Both the position numbers and the translations under genes were made by a program. This document shows, in pieces, positions 54,673-62,158 of a DNA stretch of 64,000 nt; the stretch's first letter is position 1; each line of letters opens with the position of its first letter. This DNA is from Bizionia hallyeonensis (lineage in GTDB: Bacteria > Bacteroidota > Bacteroidia > Flavobacteriales > Flavobacteriaceae): assembly GCF_042657385.1 (NCBI RefSeq), contig NZ_JBHSLA010000001.1:376746-440745 (forward strand). The letters run 5' to 3'. Below the pieces are notes generated by a model. It saw only the letters and a program-made list of their open reading frames with translations, had not been told where the DNA came from and searched no databases.

Positions 54673-55530
54673 ATGATACATTCAATGACTGGTTATGGGA
54701 AATCTGTTTTACAGTTACCAACCAAAAAAGTAACGATTGAAGTAAAATCGTTAAATAGTAAAAACCTAGATTTGAATGCCAGAATGCCTTCAATTTACAG
54801 AGAAAAAGAATTGAGTTTACGCAAGTTAATTGGTAATCAATTAGAACGTGGTAAGATTGATTTCTCTATTTATGTGGAAATGACTGGCGAAGAAACCAGC
54901 ACACAAATTAACAAACCAGCTGTAAAACAATATATGAAGCAGCTCAAAGAATTGGTGGATGGTGATGATACGGAACTGCTAAAAATGGCTGTACGTTTTC
55001 CAGATGCGTTAAATACCGAACGTGAAGAAATTGATGAAAACGAATGGAACCTTATTTTAAATGAAGTAAAAATAGCTTTAAAAAATATTGACACCTATCG
55101 TTTGGATGAAGGGAAAGCTCTAGAATTGGATTTTAGAAATCGTGTTCAAAATATCGCTGATATTTTAGAAGACATTATTGCCATGGATCCAGACCGTATT
55201 GAAGGTGTTCGTGAGCGTTTACGCAAAGGTGTTGAAGAATTGAAAGAAAAAGTTGACGAAAATAGATTTGAGCAGGAACTAGTTTTCTACATCGAAAAAT
55301 TTGATATAACGGAAGAAAAAGTGCGCTTAAAAAACCATTTAGATTATTTTATTCAGGCTTTAGATTCTGACGATTCCAACGGTAAAAAATTAGGATTTAT
55401 TGGTCAGGAAATGGGTCGTGAAATCAATACCATTGGATCCAAAAGTAATTATGCACCTATGCAGAAATTAGTCGTGCAAATGAAAGATGAATTGGAGAAA
55501 ATAAAAGAACAACTCTTAAACGTACTATAA
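54673..55530 (+). CDS. yicC: YicC/YloC-family stress-induced protein
   Basis: MIHSMTGYGK start, coiled-coil middle, C-terminal DUF1732-like region. The yicC-gmk synteny is conserved. Confidence 0.8.
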   Translation: MIHSMTGYGKSVLQLPTKKVTIEVKSLNSKNLDLNARMPSIYREKELSLRKLIGNQLERGKIDFSIYVEMTGEETSTQINKPAVKQYMKQLKELVDGDDTELLKMAVRFPDALNTEREEIDENEWNLILNEVKIALKNIDTYRLDEGKALELDFRNRVQNIADILEDIIAMDPDRIEGVRERLRKGVEELKEKVDENRFEQELVFYIEKFDITEEKVRLKNHLDYFIQALDSDDSNGKKLGFIGQEMGREINTIGSKSNYAPMQKLVVQMKDELEKIKEQLLNVL

Positions 55531-55570
55531 TAGATAATCCTTTTCTATCCGTTTTTAAAATAAAATTACT

Positions 55571-56161
55571 TTGACACAAGAAACCAACAACCATACAGGT
55601 AAACTTATTGTATTCTCTGCTCCTTCAGGATCTGGAAAAACCACTATTGTCCGTCATCTTTTAGGGTTAGACGCTTTAAATTTGGAGTTTTCTATTTCTG
55701 CTACCTCTCGTGAAAAACGCGGTGACGAAATAGACGCTAAAGACTATTATTTTCTGTCGGCTCAGGAGTTTAAAAACAAAATTAAAGCGAATGAATTTCT
55801 TGAATGGGAAGAGGTATATCGTGATAATTTTTATGGCACTTTAAAAACGGAAGTGGAACGTATTTGGGCGCAAGGCAAACATGTGATTTTTGATATTGAC
55901 GTCTCTGGCGGTTTACGTATTAAGCGGAAATTCCCAAAGGAAACTCTCGCTGTTTTTGTAAAACCACCCAGCATTGACGAATTAAAAATTCGACTAAAAA
56001 AGCGTAAAACAGAAACAGACGATAAAATAAATATGCGGATTGCTAAAGCATCTGCAGAATTAGCAACAGCACCCCTTTTTGATGTTATTATTGAAAATGA
56101 TAACTTGGAAAAAGCATTGGTAGAAGCCGAAAGTTTGGTTTCTAATTTTTTAAAATCTTAA
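55571..56161 (+). CDS. gmk: guanylate kinase
   Basis: P-loop GKLIVFSAPSGSGKTTIV. 196 aa. Confidence 0.95.
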   Translation: MTQETNNHTGKLIVFSAPSGSGKTTIVRHLLGLDALNLEFSISATSREKRGDEIDAKDYYFLSAQEFKNKIKANEFLEWEEVYRDNFYGTLKTEVERIWAQGKHVIFDIDVSGGLRIKRKFPKETLAVFVKPPSIDELKIRLKKRKTETDDKINMRIAKASAELATAPLFDVIIENDNLEKALVEAESLVSNFLKS

Positions 56162-56170
56162 ATAAAACCC

Positions 56171-56749
56171 ATGAAAATAGGCTTATACTTCGGAACCTTT
56201 AACCCTATTCATATTGGACATCTTATTATTGCCAATCAGCTTGCTGAACAAAGTGATTTGGATCAAATTTGGTTAGTTGTTACACCACAAAGTCCGTTTA
56301 AAAAGAAACAATCCTTATTAGATAATTACCAACGTTTGGAAATGGTTTTTCGCGCCACCGAAGAGTATGACAAACTCCAACCAAGCGATATTGAATTTGC
56401 ATTGCCACAACCCAATTACACGGTAAATACTTTGGCACATTTACAGGAAAAATATCCTCATCATGAATTTTCCTTAATTATGGGTGAAGACAATTTAAAA
56501 AGCTTTCACAAATGGAAAAACTACCAAGTTATTTTGGATAATCATGATATTTACGTCTATCCTAGAATTTCTGAAGGCATCATTGAAACCCAATTTGATG
56601 GCCATAAACGCATTCATCATATAAATGCGCCTATTATAGAACTATCTTCTACATTTATCAGGCAATCTATAAAAGACGGAATCAACGTAAAACCCATGTT
56701 GCCTCAAACCGTTTGGCAGTATATTGACGAGATGAATTTTTATAAATAA
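56171..56749 (+). CDS. nadD: nicotinate-nucleotide adenylyltransferase
   Basis: MKIGLYFGTFNPIHIGH (HxGH nucleotidyltransferase motif). 192 aa. Confidence 0.9.
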   Translation: MKIGLYFGTFNPIHIGHLIIANQLAEQSDLDQIWLVVTPQSPFKKKQSLLDNYQRLEMVFRATEEYDKLQPSDIEFALPQPNYTVNTLAHLQEKYPHHEFSLIMGEDNLKSFHKWKNYQVILDNHDIYVYPRISEGIIETQFDGHKRIHHINAPIIELSSTFIRQSIKDGINVKPMLPQTVWQYIDEMNFYK

Positions 56750-56763
56750 ATCCTTTCAACCAA

Positions 56764-58563
56764 CTATAAAACAGGAATTTCAATACTATTTATAGCCTGC
56801 TCATAAACCATAATATCAGCCTGAATTACAGTTGTATTTGGCTCCATCGTTTCCTTAAACAGCTTTTGATAATAGCCCACACCTTCTAATAAATTAGCTT
56901 TAAAGATTGTCCATTTTTTAATTTGCTTCGCGGATAAATCATCTGTAAACATGGCTATGTCATTCTTTAAATAATCCACATACATTTTCAGCTCTTTTAC
57001 AAACATATTCGGTCTGTAAGTATCCGATAAAACGGATGTTTTTCCATAAATATGCTTAACCATTTGTGCCAATGAAACCTCTTTATCGAAATAAGCTAAA
57101 TTGGGTCCCGGACAAATTACCACACCTTGCTGTTGCCCTTTTATAGGCATATCATTTTCCAGATAAGATGCATTGGCAAGACCAACACAAAGACAGGCTT
57201 TTTCAGTAATTTTGTTTTTTGTCATTTCAAAAACAGTAGCCGTCAACGTTTCTTTTTTCGCCTCCAATTCCTCCAATTTTACATCCTGATATTTTTTGGA
57301 TGCCGTACAAATACCTTCTGGCCCAAACTCTTTACTCAAGGCTAAAAACTTTTTAGGACAGGAACTTCCCGCTTTGTTGTTATCAATACGGGTTTGCTTA
57401 TAAAACTCGTTAGAGGTTCCCTTAATGGTATTAAAAGGCACGCCTAATGGCGAAATACCGCTTAAATACAAATCGGATTCTTTAGCTTCTGCCAATAACT
57501 TGCGTGTTTCGATGTCCACAGATGTAGCTTCTGGAACTAATAAAAATGGACTGCCCCAACCTACAGAATCTACCTGATAATTGTCAATTAAAAAATCGTG
57601 TTCCGCAGCCGTACCAACACCACCTTGAACGGTTATTTTTATATCTAATGGCTTTTCTGGGATATACAACGCTTTATCTGTTAATGCTTTTACAAAAACG
57701 TTATGTGTGTCTTGTATTAGTTCTGATTTTTTGCTTTTAAATTCTTCTAAAATGGGTCCCAACAAATGCCCGTCTGTAGCAAAGGCATGACCACCACAAT
57801 TTAAACCAGATTCAATTCGGTATTCAGACACCCAAAGACCCCTTTTAGCTAAAAATTTCCCCTGAATTATAGCAGAACGGAAATCGCTTACTTTTAAAAT
57901 AATTTTCTTTTTAATCTGATTTTTGGCATTGGGATAAAAATCGATGAAATTTTCAAAATAACTATACAATCTTGGGTTCATACCTGCCGAAAGCACCACA
58001 GACGAACTTAAATTACTATTAGCAAAACCGCGAAGTGATGCGTGTGCATCATTAAATTCTACTGGTAATTGTTCCGATTTAATAAAGTTTTCTTTATCAA
58101 TTTTGGTCATGATATTCACATCAATTTCACCAGCCGATAAATGAGAGTCTACATAGTTTTTAATGCTATCTTTAAGCATCAAACCTTCATCTAACAAATT
58201 TGAAAGTCCTTGTTTGATGTTGGACTTATTGGGAAGCATATCTATAAAATTCTCTAAAGCCGATTTACTTTCTGAAATTTCTTCTTTAAATTTTACAAAC
58301 TTATTTTTAACAATGGTATCAACCAAGTTTAAATATGCTGTAATACGTTTAGCACGATAATCGTCCACCTTTTTAGAAATTTCCTGATAAGGCAGACTAA
58401 ATTTTTCACTATAAAAAGCGTTCATACGTTCTAAAAGCTCATCGTCAATAATTGAAATTACAGACGAAATCCCGTATTGCGCCACACGAATAGGGCTATC
58501 TATGGTATAGGCTAAACCCATAACAGGAATATGGAAATTATGTGTGTGGTTGGATGCTCTCAT
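56764..58563 (-). CDS. uncharacterized 599-aa protein with a C-terminal (beta/alpha)8-barrel phosphate-binding-like motif (NMO/IMPDH/FabK class)
   Basis: QGGVGTAAEHDFLIDNYQVDSVGWGSPFLLVPEATS follows the GG(I/V)-x-T...V-x-x-G(S/T)-x-FL-x-x-E pattern of FMN/IMP TIM barrels. The N-terminal roughly 250 aa are unrecognised. Confidence 0.45.
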   Translation of the reverse strand: MRASNHTHNFHIPVMGLAYTIDSPIRVAQYGISSVISIIDDELLERMNAFYSEKFSLPYQEISKKVDDYRAKRITAYLNLVDTIVKNKFVKFKEEISESKSALENFIDMLPNKSNIKQGLSNLLDEGLMLKDSIKNYVDSHLSAGEIDVNIMTKIDKENFIKSEQLPVEFNDAHASLRGFANSNLSSSVVLSAGMNPRLYSYFENFIDFYPNAKNQIKKKIILKVSDFRSAIIQGKFLAKRGLWVSEYRIESGLNCGGHAFATDGHLLGPILEEFKSKKSELIQDTHNVFVKALTDKALYIPEKPLDIKITVQGGVGTAAEHDFLIDNYQVDSVGWGSPFLLVPEATSVDIETRKLLAEAKESDLYLSGISPLGVPFNTIKGTSNEFYKQTRIDNNKAGSSCPKKFLALSKEFGPEGICTASKKYQDVKLEELEAKKETLTATVFEMTKNKITEKACLCVGLANASYLENDMPIKGQQQGVVICPGPNLAYFDKEVSLAQMVKHIYGKTSVLSDTYRPNMFVKELKMYVDYLKNDIAMFTDDLSAKQIKKWTIFKANLLEGVGYYQKLFKETMEPNTTVIQADIMVYEQAINSIEIPVL

Positions 58564-58827
58564 GATGTGTATTTTAAAAAATAATTAAGCCGCAAAAGTG
58601 CTAAATGTAAACTTCCTAAAAGATGATAAATATCATACCTTTTAGTCTTTTATTATTTTAGATTAGAAAATTTTAAAAACAATTGTTGATATACGTCAAG
58701 CCTTTACCTTTCTGCATTTATCTTTTCAGAAGAAATATGTACACCAATAGGTTTTAATTATTACTTTTAAAAACTGTAACATGTACCTATCTATTTCATG
58801 TTCTGCAATCTGCCATAAAACCACCGC

Positions 58828-59320
58828 ATGACTACCTTCCCTGTTTCTGCCTCAACTCTCTCTGAAACCGCTTTAGGCAACTTCATAAAAGACACGTATC
58901 AACTAGCGGCAAATTTTAGCTGTAAGTTATACCGAACAGGTTTAAACCATACCTACTTTATTACAGATGGGCAAACCACTTATGTTATTCGGGTTTACTG
59001 CTATAACTGGCGAACAAAAACGGAAATTCAGGAAGAATTACGTTTATTAAACCAACTTAAAAACAACAACCTTTCGGTTTCATTTCCTATTGCTGACAAA
59101 AATGGGATCGTAATTCAAGACATTCAAGCACCAGAAGGACTGCGCCATGTGGTACTTTTTTCCTTTGCTAAAGGGGTGACAAAATTCGCGTTATGAAACC
59201 AGACACCTGTTTTGCTATTGGCGAAATTATGGCCAAAATTCATAATGAAACCGAAGGACAGAATTATGAACTGTACAGCCCAAACTTTGATTTTAAAAAT
59301 AGTGGGTAAGATTTTCGTTC
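58828..59320 (+). pseudogene. disrupted phosphotransferase-family (APH / homoserine-kinase type II-like) gene, with a -1 frameshift near 59172-59196 and a 3' truncation
   Basis: Frame 1 encodes an APH-like N-lobe (GLNHTYFITDGQTTYVIRVY...EIQEELRLLNQL...RHVVLFSFAKG) and stops at 59196. Frame 0 continues MKPDTCFAIGEIMAKIHNETEGQNYELYSPNFDF (APH brace region lG..lA.lH) and stops at 59320. The catalytic HGD/N and DxD regions are absent. Confidence 0.6.
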
Positions 59321-59403
59321 CGAAAATCCGCTAACAAAAACCCGCACTTTTCATTCACAAAACCGTTGGATTAAATTTAACAGTATCATTAAAAAGTAAA
59401 CCT

Positions 59404-59498
59404 AATTGTTTACTTTTTTTATTTATTGTAAACATATAAGATTACTTTTTTATATATTTGTAAATGCATATGTTTACAATTTTATTATTTTGTAAACT
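59404..59498. promoter_or_regulatory. nested inverted repeats (GTTTAC/GTAAAC half-sites) upstream of the HTH gene. Putative operator/promoter.
   Basis: aattGTTTAC (59404-13), ttgTAAACatat (59425-36), atatGTTTACaa (59468-79), ttGTAAACtt (59489-98). ATTGTAAACATAT and ATATGTTTACAAT form a 12-bp perfect inverted repeat. Confidence 0.35.
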
Positions 59499-59514
59499 TA
59501 AAGCTTTACAAAAA

Positions 59515-59976
59515 ATGAGAAATAAGCACAAACTTTTAATTGAGCAGTTAGACCAAAAGCTTCGTCCATTCGCTGAAACCCGAAAGATCATGGTTCCACA
59601 ACGCGGATGGATAAATACAATTAGAACATCTCTCAATATGACAATGGCACAACTTGGCGCCAAATTAAATATAACACGACAAGGTGTAAAAAGAATTGAA
59701 GAAAGTGAGGCTAATGGTTCCATAACGCTCAAATCTTTAAAAGATGTAGCCCATGCACTGGATTTAAAATTAATATATGCACTAGTGCCAATAAATGGGA
59801 CCATCAACGATTTAGTTGAAATAAAAGCAGAAAATCTGGCCAGAAAGATTGTATTAAGAACCAATCAAAATATGAAATTAGAAGACCAAGGAATTGGCGA
59901 TGAAAAACTAGCTAAAACAATAGAGGAACTGGCTAGTGAAATAAAACGCGAGATGAAAAAATCATTATGGGATTAG
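59515..59976 (+). CDS. XRE-family HTH protein of the 'mobile mystery protein A' type, partner of the downstream Fic protein. Start moved to MRNKHKL.
   Basis: HTH MTMAQLGAKLNITRQGVKRIE. About 153 aa. Overlaps the downstream Fic gene by 10 nt. The pairing with a short Fic protein is the A/B family signature. Confidence 0.65.
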   Translation: MRNKHKLLIEQLDQKLRPFAETRKIMVPQRGWINTIRTSLNMTMAQLGAKLNITRQGVKRIEESEANGSITLKSLKDVAHALDLKLIYALVPINGTINDLVEIKAENLARKIVLRTNQNMKLEDQGIGDEKLAKTIEELASEIKREMKKSLWD

Positions 59977-60563
59977 AATTTGATTATAAAGTAGGACAAA
60001 CACCTTTAGACGAAGTTGAAAAGGAGGGTCTTAAAATGAAGTCAATTACTACGCAAGGGGAACTGGATGAATTTGAGCAATTGAATATTGAAAAAGCTGT
60101 CGAATGGACCATTCATACAAAATTGAAACCTGAAAAAATTTTAACGGAAAAATTTGTAAAAGACTTACATAAAAAAATGTATGGCGATGTATGGAAATGG
60201 GCAGGTGAATTCAGAATGACTGAAAAAAACATTGGAATCCCTTGGACACAAATTGGAATTGAATTAAAAAATTTACTGGACGACACGAAATACTGGATAG
60301 AACACAAAACTTTTCCGCCTGAAGAAATAGCTATAAGATTTAAACATCGCATAGTATCCATTCATTGCTTTCCAAATGGAAATGGAAGGCACTCCCGAAT
60401 GATGGCTGACATTATTATGGAATCCATATTCGGGAATGACATATTTACTTGGCATCAATCAAATACGGTAAAAGCTAGCGAAACACGAAATAAGTATATA
60501 AAATCCTTGAGAGAAGCTGATAATGGTAATTTTACATCGTTAATTGAATTTGCAAAAAACTAA
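59967..60563 (+). CDS. Fic/Doc-family protein of the 'mobile mystery protein B' type (putative AMPylating toxin)
   Basis: Fic active-site motif HCFPNGNGRHSR (HxFx[D/E/N]GNGRxxR). 198 aa. Confidence 0.75.
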   Translation: MGLEFDYKVGQTPLDEVEKEGLKMKSITTQGELDEFEQLNIEKAVEWTIHTKLKPEKILTEKFVKDLHKKMYGDVWKWAGEFRMTEKNIGIPWTQIGIELKNLLDDTKYWIEHKTFPPEEIAIRFKHRIVSIHCFPNGNGRHSRMMADIIMESIFGNDIFTWHQSNTVKASETRNKYIKSLREADNGNFTSLIEFAKN

Positions 60564-60584
60564 AATTAGCTTAAACTGAAAAAG

Positions 60585-61244
60585 ATGCTGAACTACAACA
60601 AAATATTTCTGATTAGAGAATCTTATTCTAATCGTCCATTTAGAGGTGTTATTGAAAATTTTGATTTGGCCGAACCTAAAATTTCAAGAGGAGAAAAACA
60701 CATAACAGAAACGGTTACGGTAAAACATATAATGGGTGGACAAACCCTTTATGATATAATTTGGACAACCAATGCTTTTCCGCTAATAGTTAGCGAAAGA
60801 GTAATTAGGTTATTTAAATCAAATGGAATTACAGGTTGGAAAACATACAATGTTGAAATTCGCTCAAAAAAGAATGAATTGATTGACCAAAATTTTTTCG
60901 GACTTATTATAACTGGTCGCTGTGGCCATCGAGATTATTCTAAAAGCTCAATAGTATTAAGCAAAATTGGAGTGTACACCAAACCTCACATTAAAGGTTT
61001 TTATTTTAACGATGATTCTTGTGACGATTCTGATTTATTTATGAGTAACCCAGATGACGAAGGACATTCAACTATGCATCGTTTTTGCTCACAAAATGTT
61101 GTAAACCTATTTCAAAAAGAAAAAATAAAGAATATTAATTTTGAAAACCTAAATGAGTCAACATTGGCAATTGAATTACACCAAATACCCCTGACTGACA
61201 AACAAAAATCTGAAATGGAAAAATTAAAAACCAACGGTAAGTAA
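60585..61244 (+). CDS. hypothetical 219-aa protein, possibly an immunity-protein-like (DUF1629/Imm-type) fold
   Basis: 21 nt downstream of and co-oriented with the Fic gene. PLIVSERVIRLFKSNGITGWKTYNVEI and SDLFMSNPDDEGHSTMHRFCSQNVVNLFQKEKIKNINFENL resemble the v-S-E-x-l...G...f blocks of some polymorphic-toxin immunity families. This is from memory, not verified. Confidence 0.35.
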   Translation: MLNYNKIFLIRESYSNRPFRGVIENFDLAEPKISRGEKHITETVTVKHIMGGQTLYDIIWTTNAFPLIVSERVIRLFKSNGITGWKTYNVEIRSKKNELIDQNFFGLIITGRCGHRDYSKSSIVLSKIGVYTKPHIKGFYFNDDSCDDSDLFMSNPDDEGHSTMHRFCSQNVVNLFQKEKIKNINFENLNESTLAIELHQIPLTDKQKSEMEKLKTNGK

Positions 61245-61275
61245 TGAACAACTCCTATTTAAATCAAGTAAACGT

Positions 61276-61674
61276 TTATTCCAAAGAATATTCTGCAACC
61301 AATTTCACAAAATCCAAAGAACTAATCATGCCTACTATATTTCCTTCGTCCATTACAACCATGTGGTGTACGTCGTGCCTCAGCATCATTTTAGCGGCCG
61401 CATTAGCGCTTGAATTCATATGGACTACATGAACTCTAGATGATGTCATGACATCTTCCACAGTCGTGCTTTCTTGAACATCTTTATTCATATCCGTCGT
61501 GGTGACAATACCGCGTATAATCATCTCCGTATCTAATATGTCTTTGGAATAGGATATAATGGGAATAGCATTAATTCCTTTATCCTTCATTCGCGCTCTT
61601 ACCTCAATAACACTGTTTTCTCCTTTAGCTGTAATAACTGGTGCTGACATAAAATCTTTTACTTGTATTTTCAT
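61276..61674 (-). CDS. CBS-pair domain protein
   Basis: 132 aa with two CBS repeats (VKDFMSAPVITA... and VEDVMTSSRVHVVH...). Confidence 0.8.
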   Translation of the reverse strand: MKIQVKDFMSAPVITAKGENSVIEVRARMKDKGINAIPIISYSKDILDTEMIIRGIVTTTDMNKDVQESTTVEDVMTSSRVHVVHMNSSANAAAKMMLRHDVHHMVVMDEGNIVGMISSLDFVKLVAEYSLE

Positions 61675-61943
61675 AAACTCTTGGTTTAAATTTTATAATA
61701 CTAAAAGCAGAAATAACCATCCACTCGCCATAATTGTAAATATAAGATTATGTGAGCCTAATTCATATGATATTAATCATATTAAGTTGAATAGACAATG
61801 TAGAAAATAAAGAAGTAGCAACTAAAACACTTTTTAGCTTTTTCTGTTGTATGCTTCCACAGTTGATAAAATGAGATGTGAATTAAACAGGCGACGTTTT
61901 AAGCGTTTATCATTCAAATGTTCGACCTATGCTTGACCTACCT

Positions 61944-61978
61944 AAAAAACAAAAGCCTTTACATTTCTGTAAAGGCTT
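61944..61978 (-). terminator. rho-independent terminator of tRNA-Asn
   Basis: On the minus strand: AAGCCTTTACA-gaaa-TGTAAAGGCTT followed by TTGTTTTTT, 12 nt past the tRNA 3' end. Confidence 0.65.
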
Positions 61979-61990
61979 TGTCTAACTGTG

Positions 61991-62064
61991 CTCCTCCTCT
62001 TAGGCTCGAACTAAGGACCCTCTGATTAACAGTCAGATGCTCTAACCAACTGAGCTAAGGAGGA
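61991..62064 (-). tRNA. tRNA-Asn (anticodon GUU)
   Basis: Minus strand: TCCTCCT-TA-GCTC-AGTTGGTTA-GAGC-A-TCTGA-CTGTTAA-TCAGA-GGGTC-CTTAG-TTCGAGC-CTAAG-AGGAGGA-G. This gives a 7-bp acceptor stem, a canonical cloverleaf and the anticodon loop CT-GTT-AA. CCA is not encoded. Confidence 0.9.
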
Positions 62065-62158
62065 GTGTTATCGCTTTTGCGAGGGCAAATATATATATAT
62101 TTTTAATTACAACAAAACAAGATTTGATTTTTTCTGAAAAAAATTTTCATCTTTATTG

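Noticed and set aside
54870-58360. ORFs 54870..55094 (in yicC), 57127..57345, 57546..57740, 58163..58360 (in the 599-aa gene)
   Set aside because: Shadow ORFs opposite longer, better-supported frames.
59442-60458. ORFs 59442..59864(-), 60113..60361(-), 60273..60458(-) antisense to the HTH/Fic genes
   Set aside because: The plus-strand frames carry the HTH and Fic motifs. The antisense translations are low-complexity.
61244-61810. ORFs 61244..61432(+) and 61559..61810(+) overlapping the CBS gene
   Set aside because: The minus-strand frame has two clean CBS repeats. The plus ORFs are antisense.
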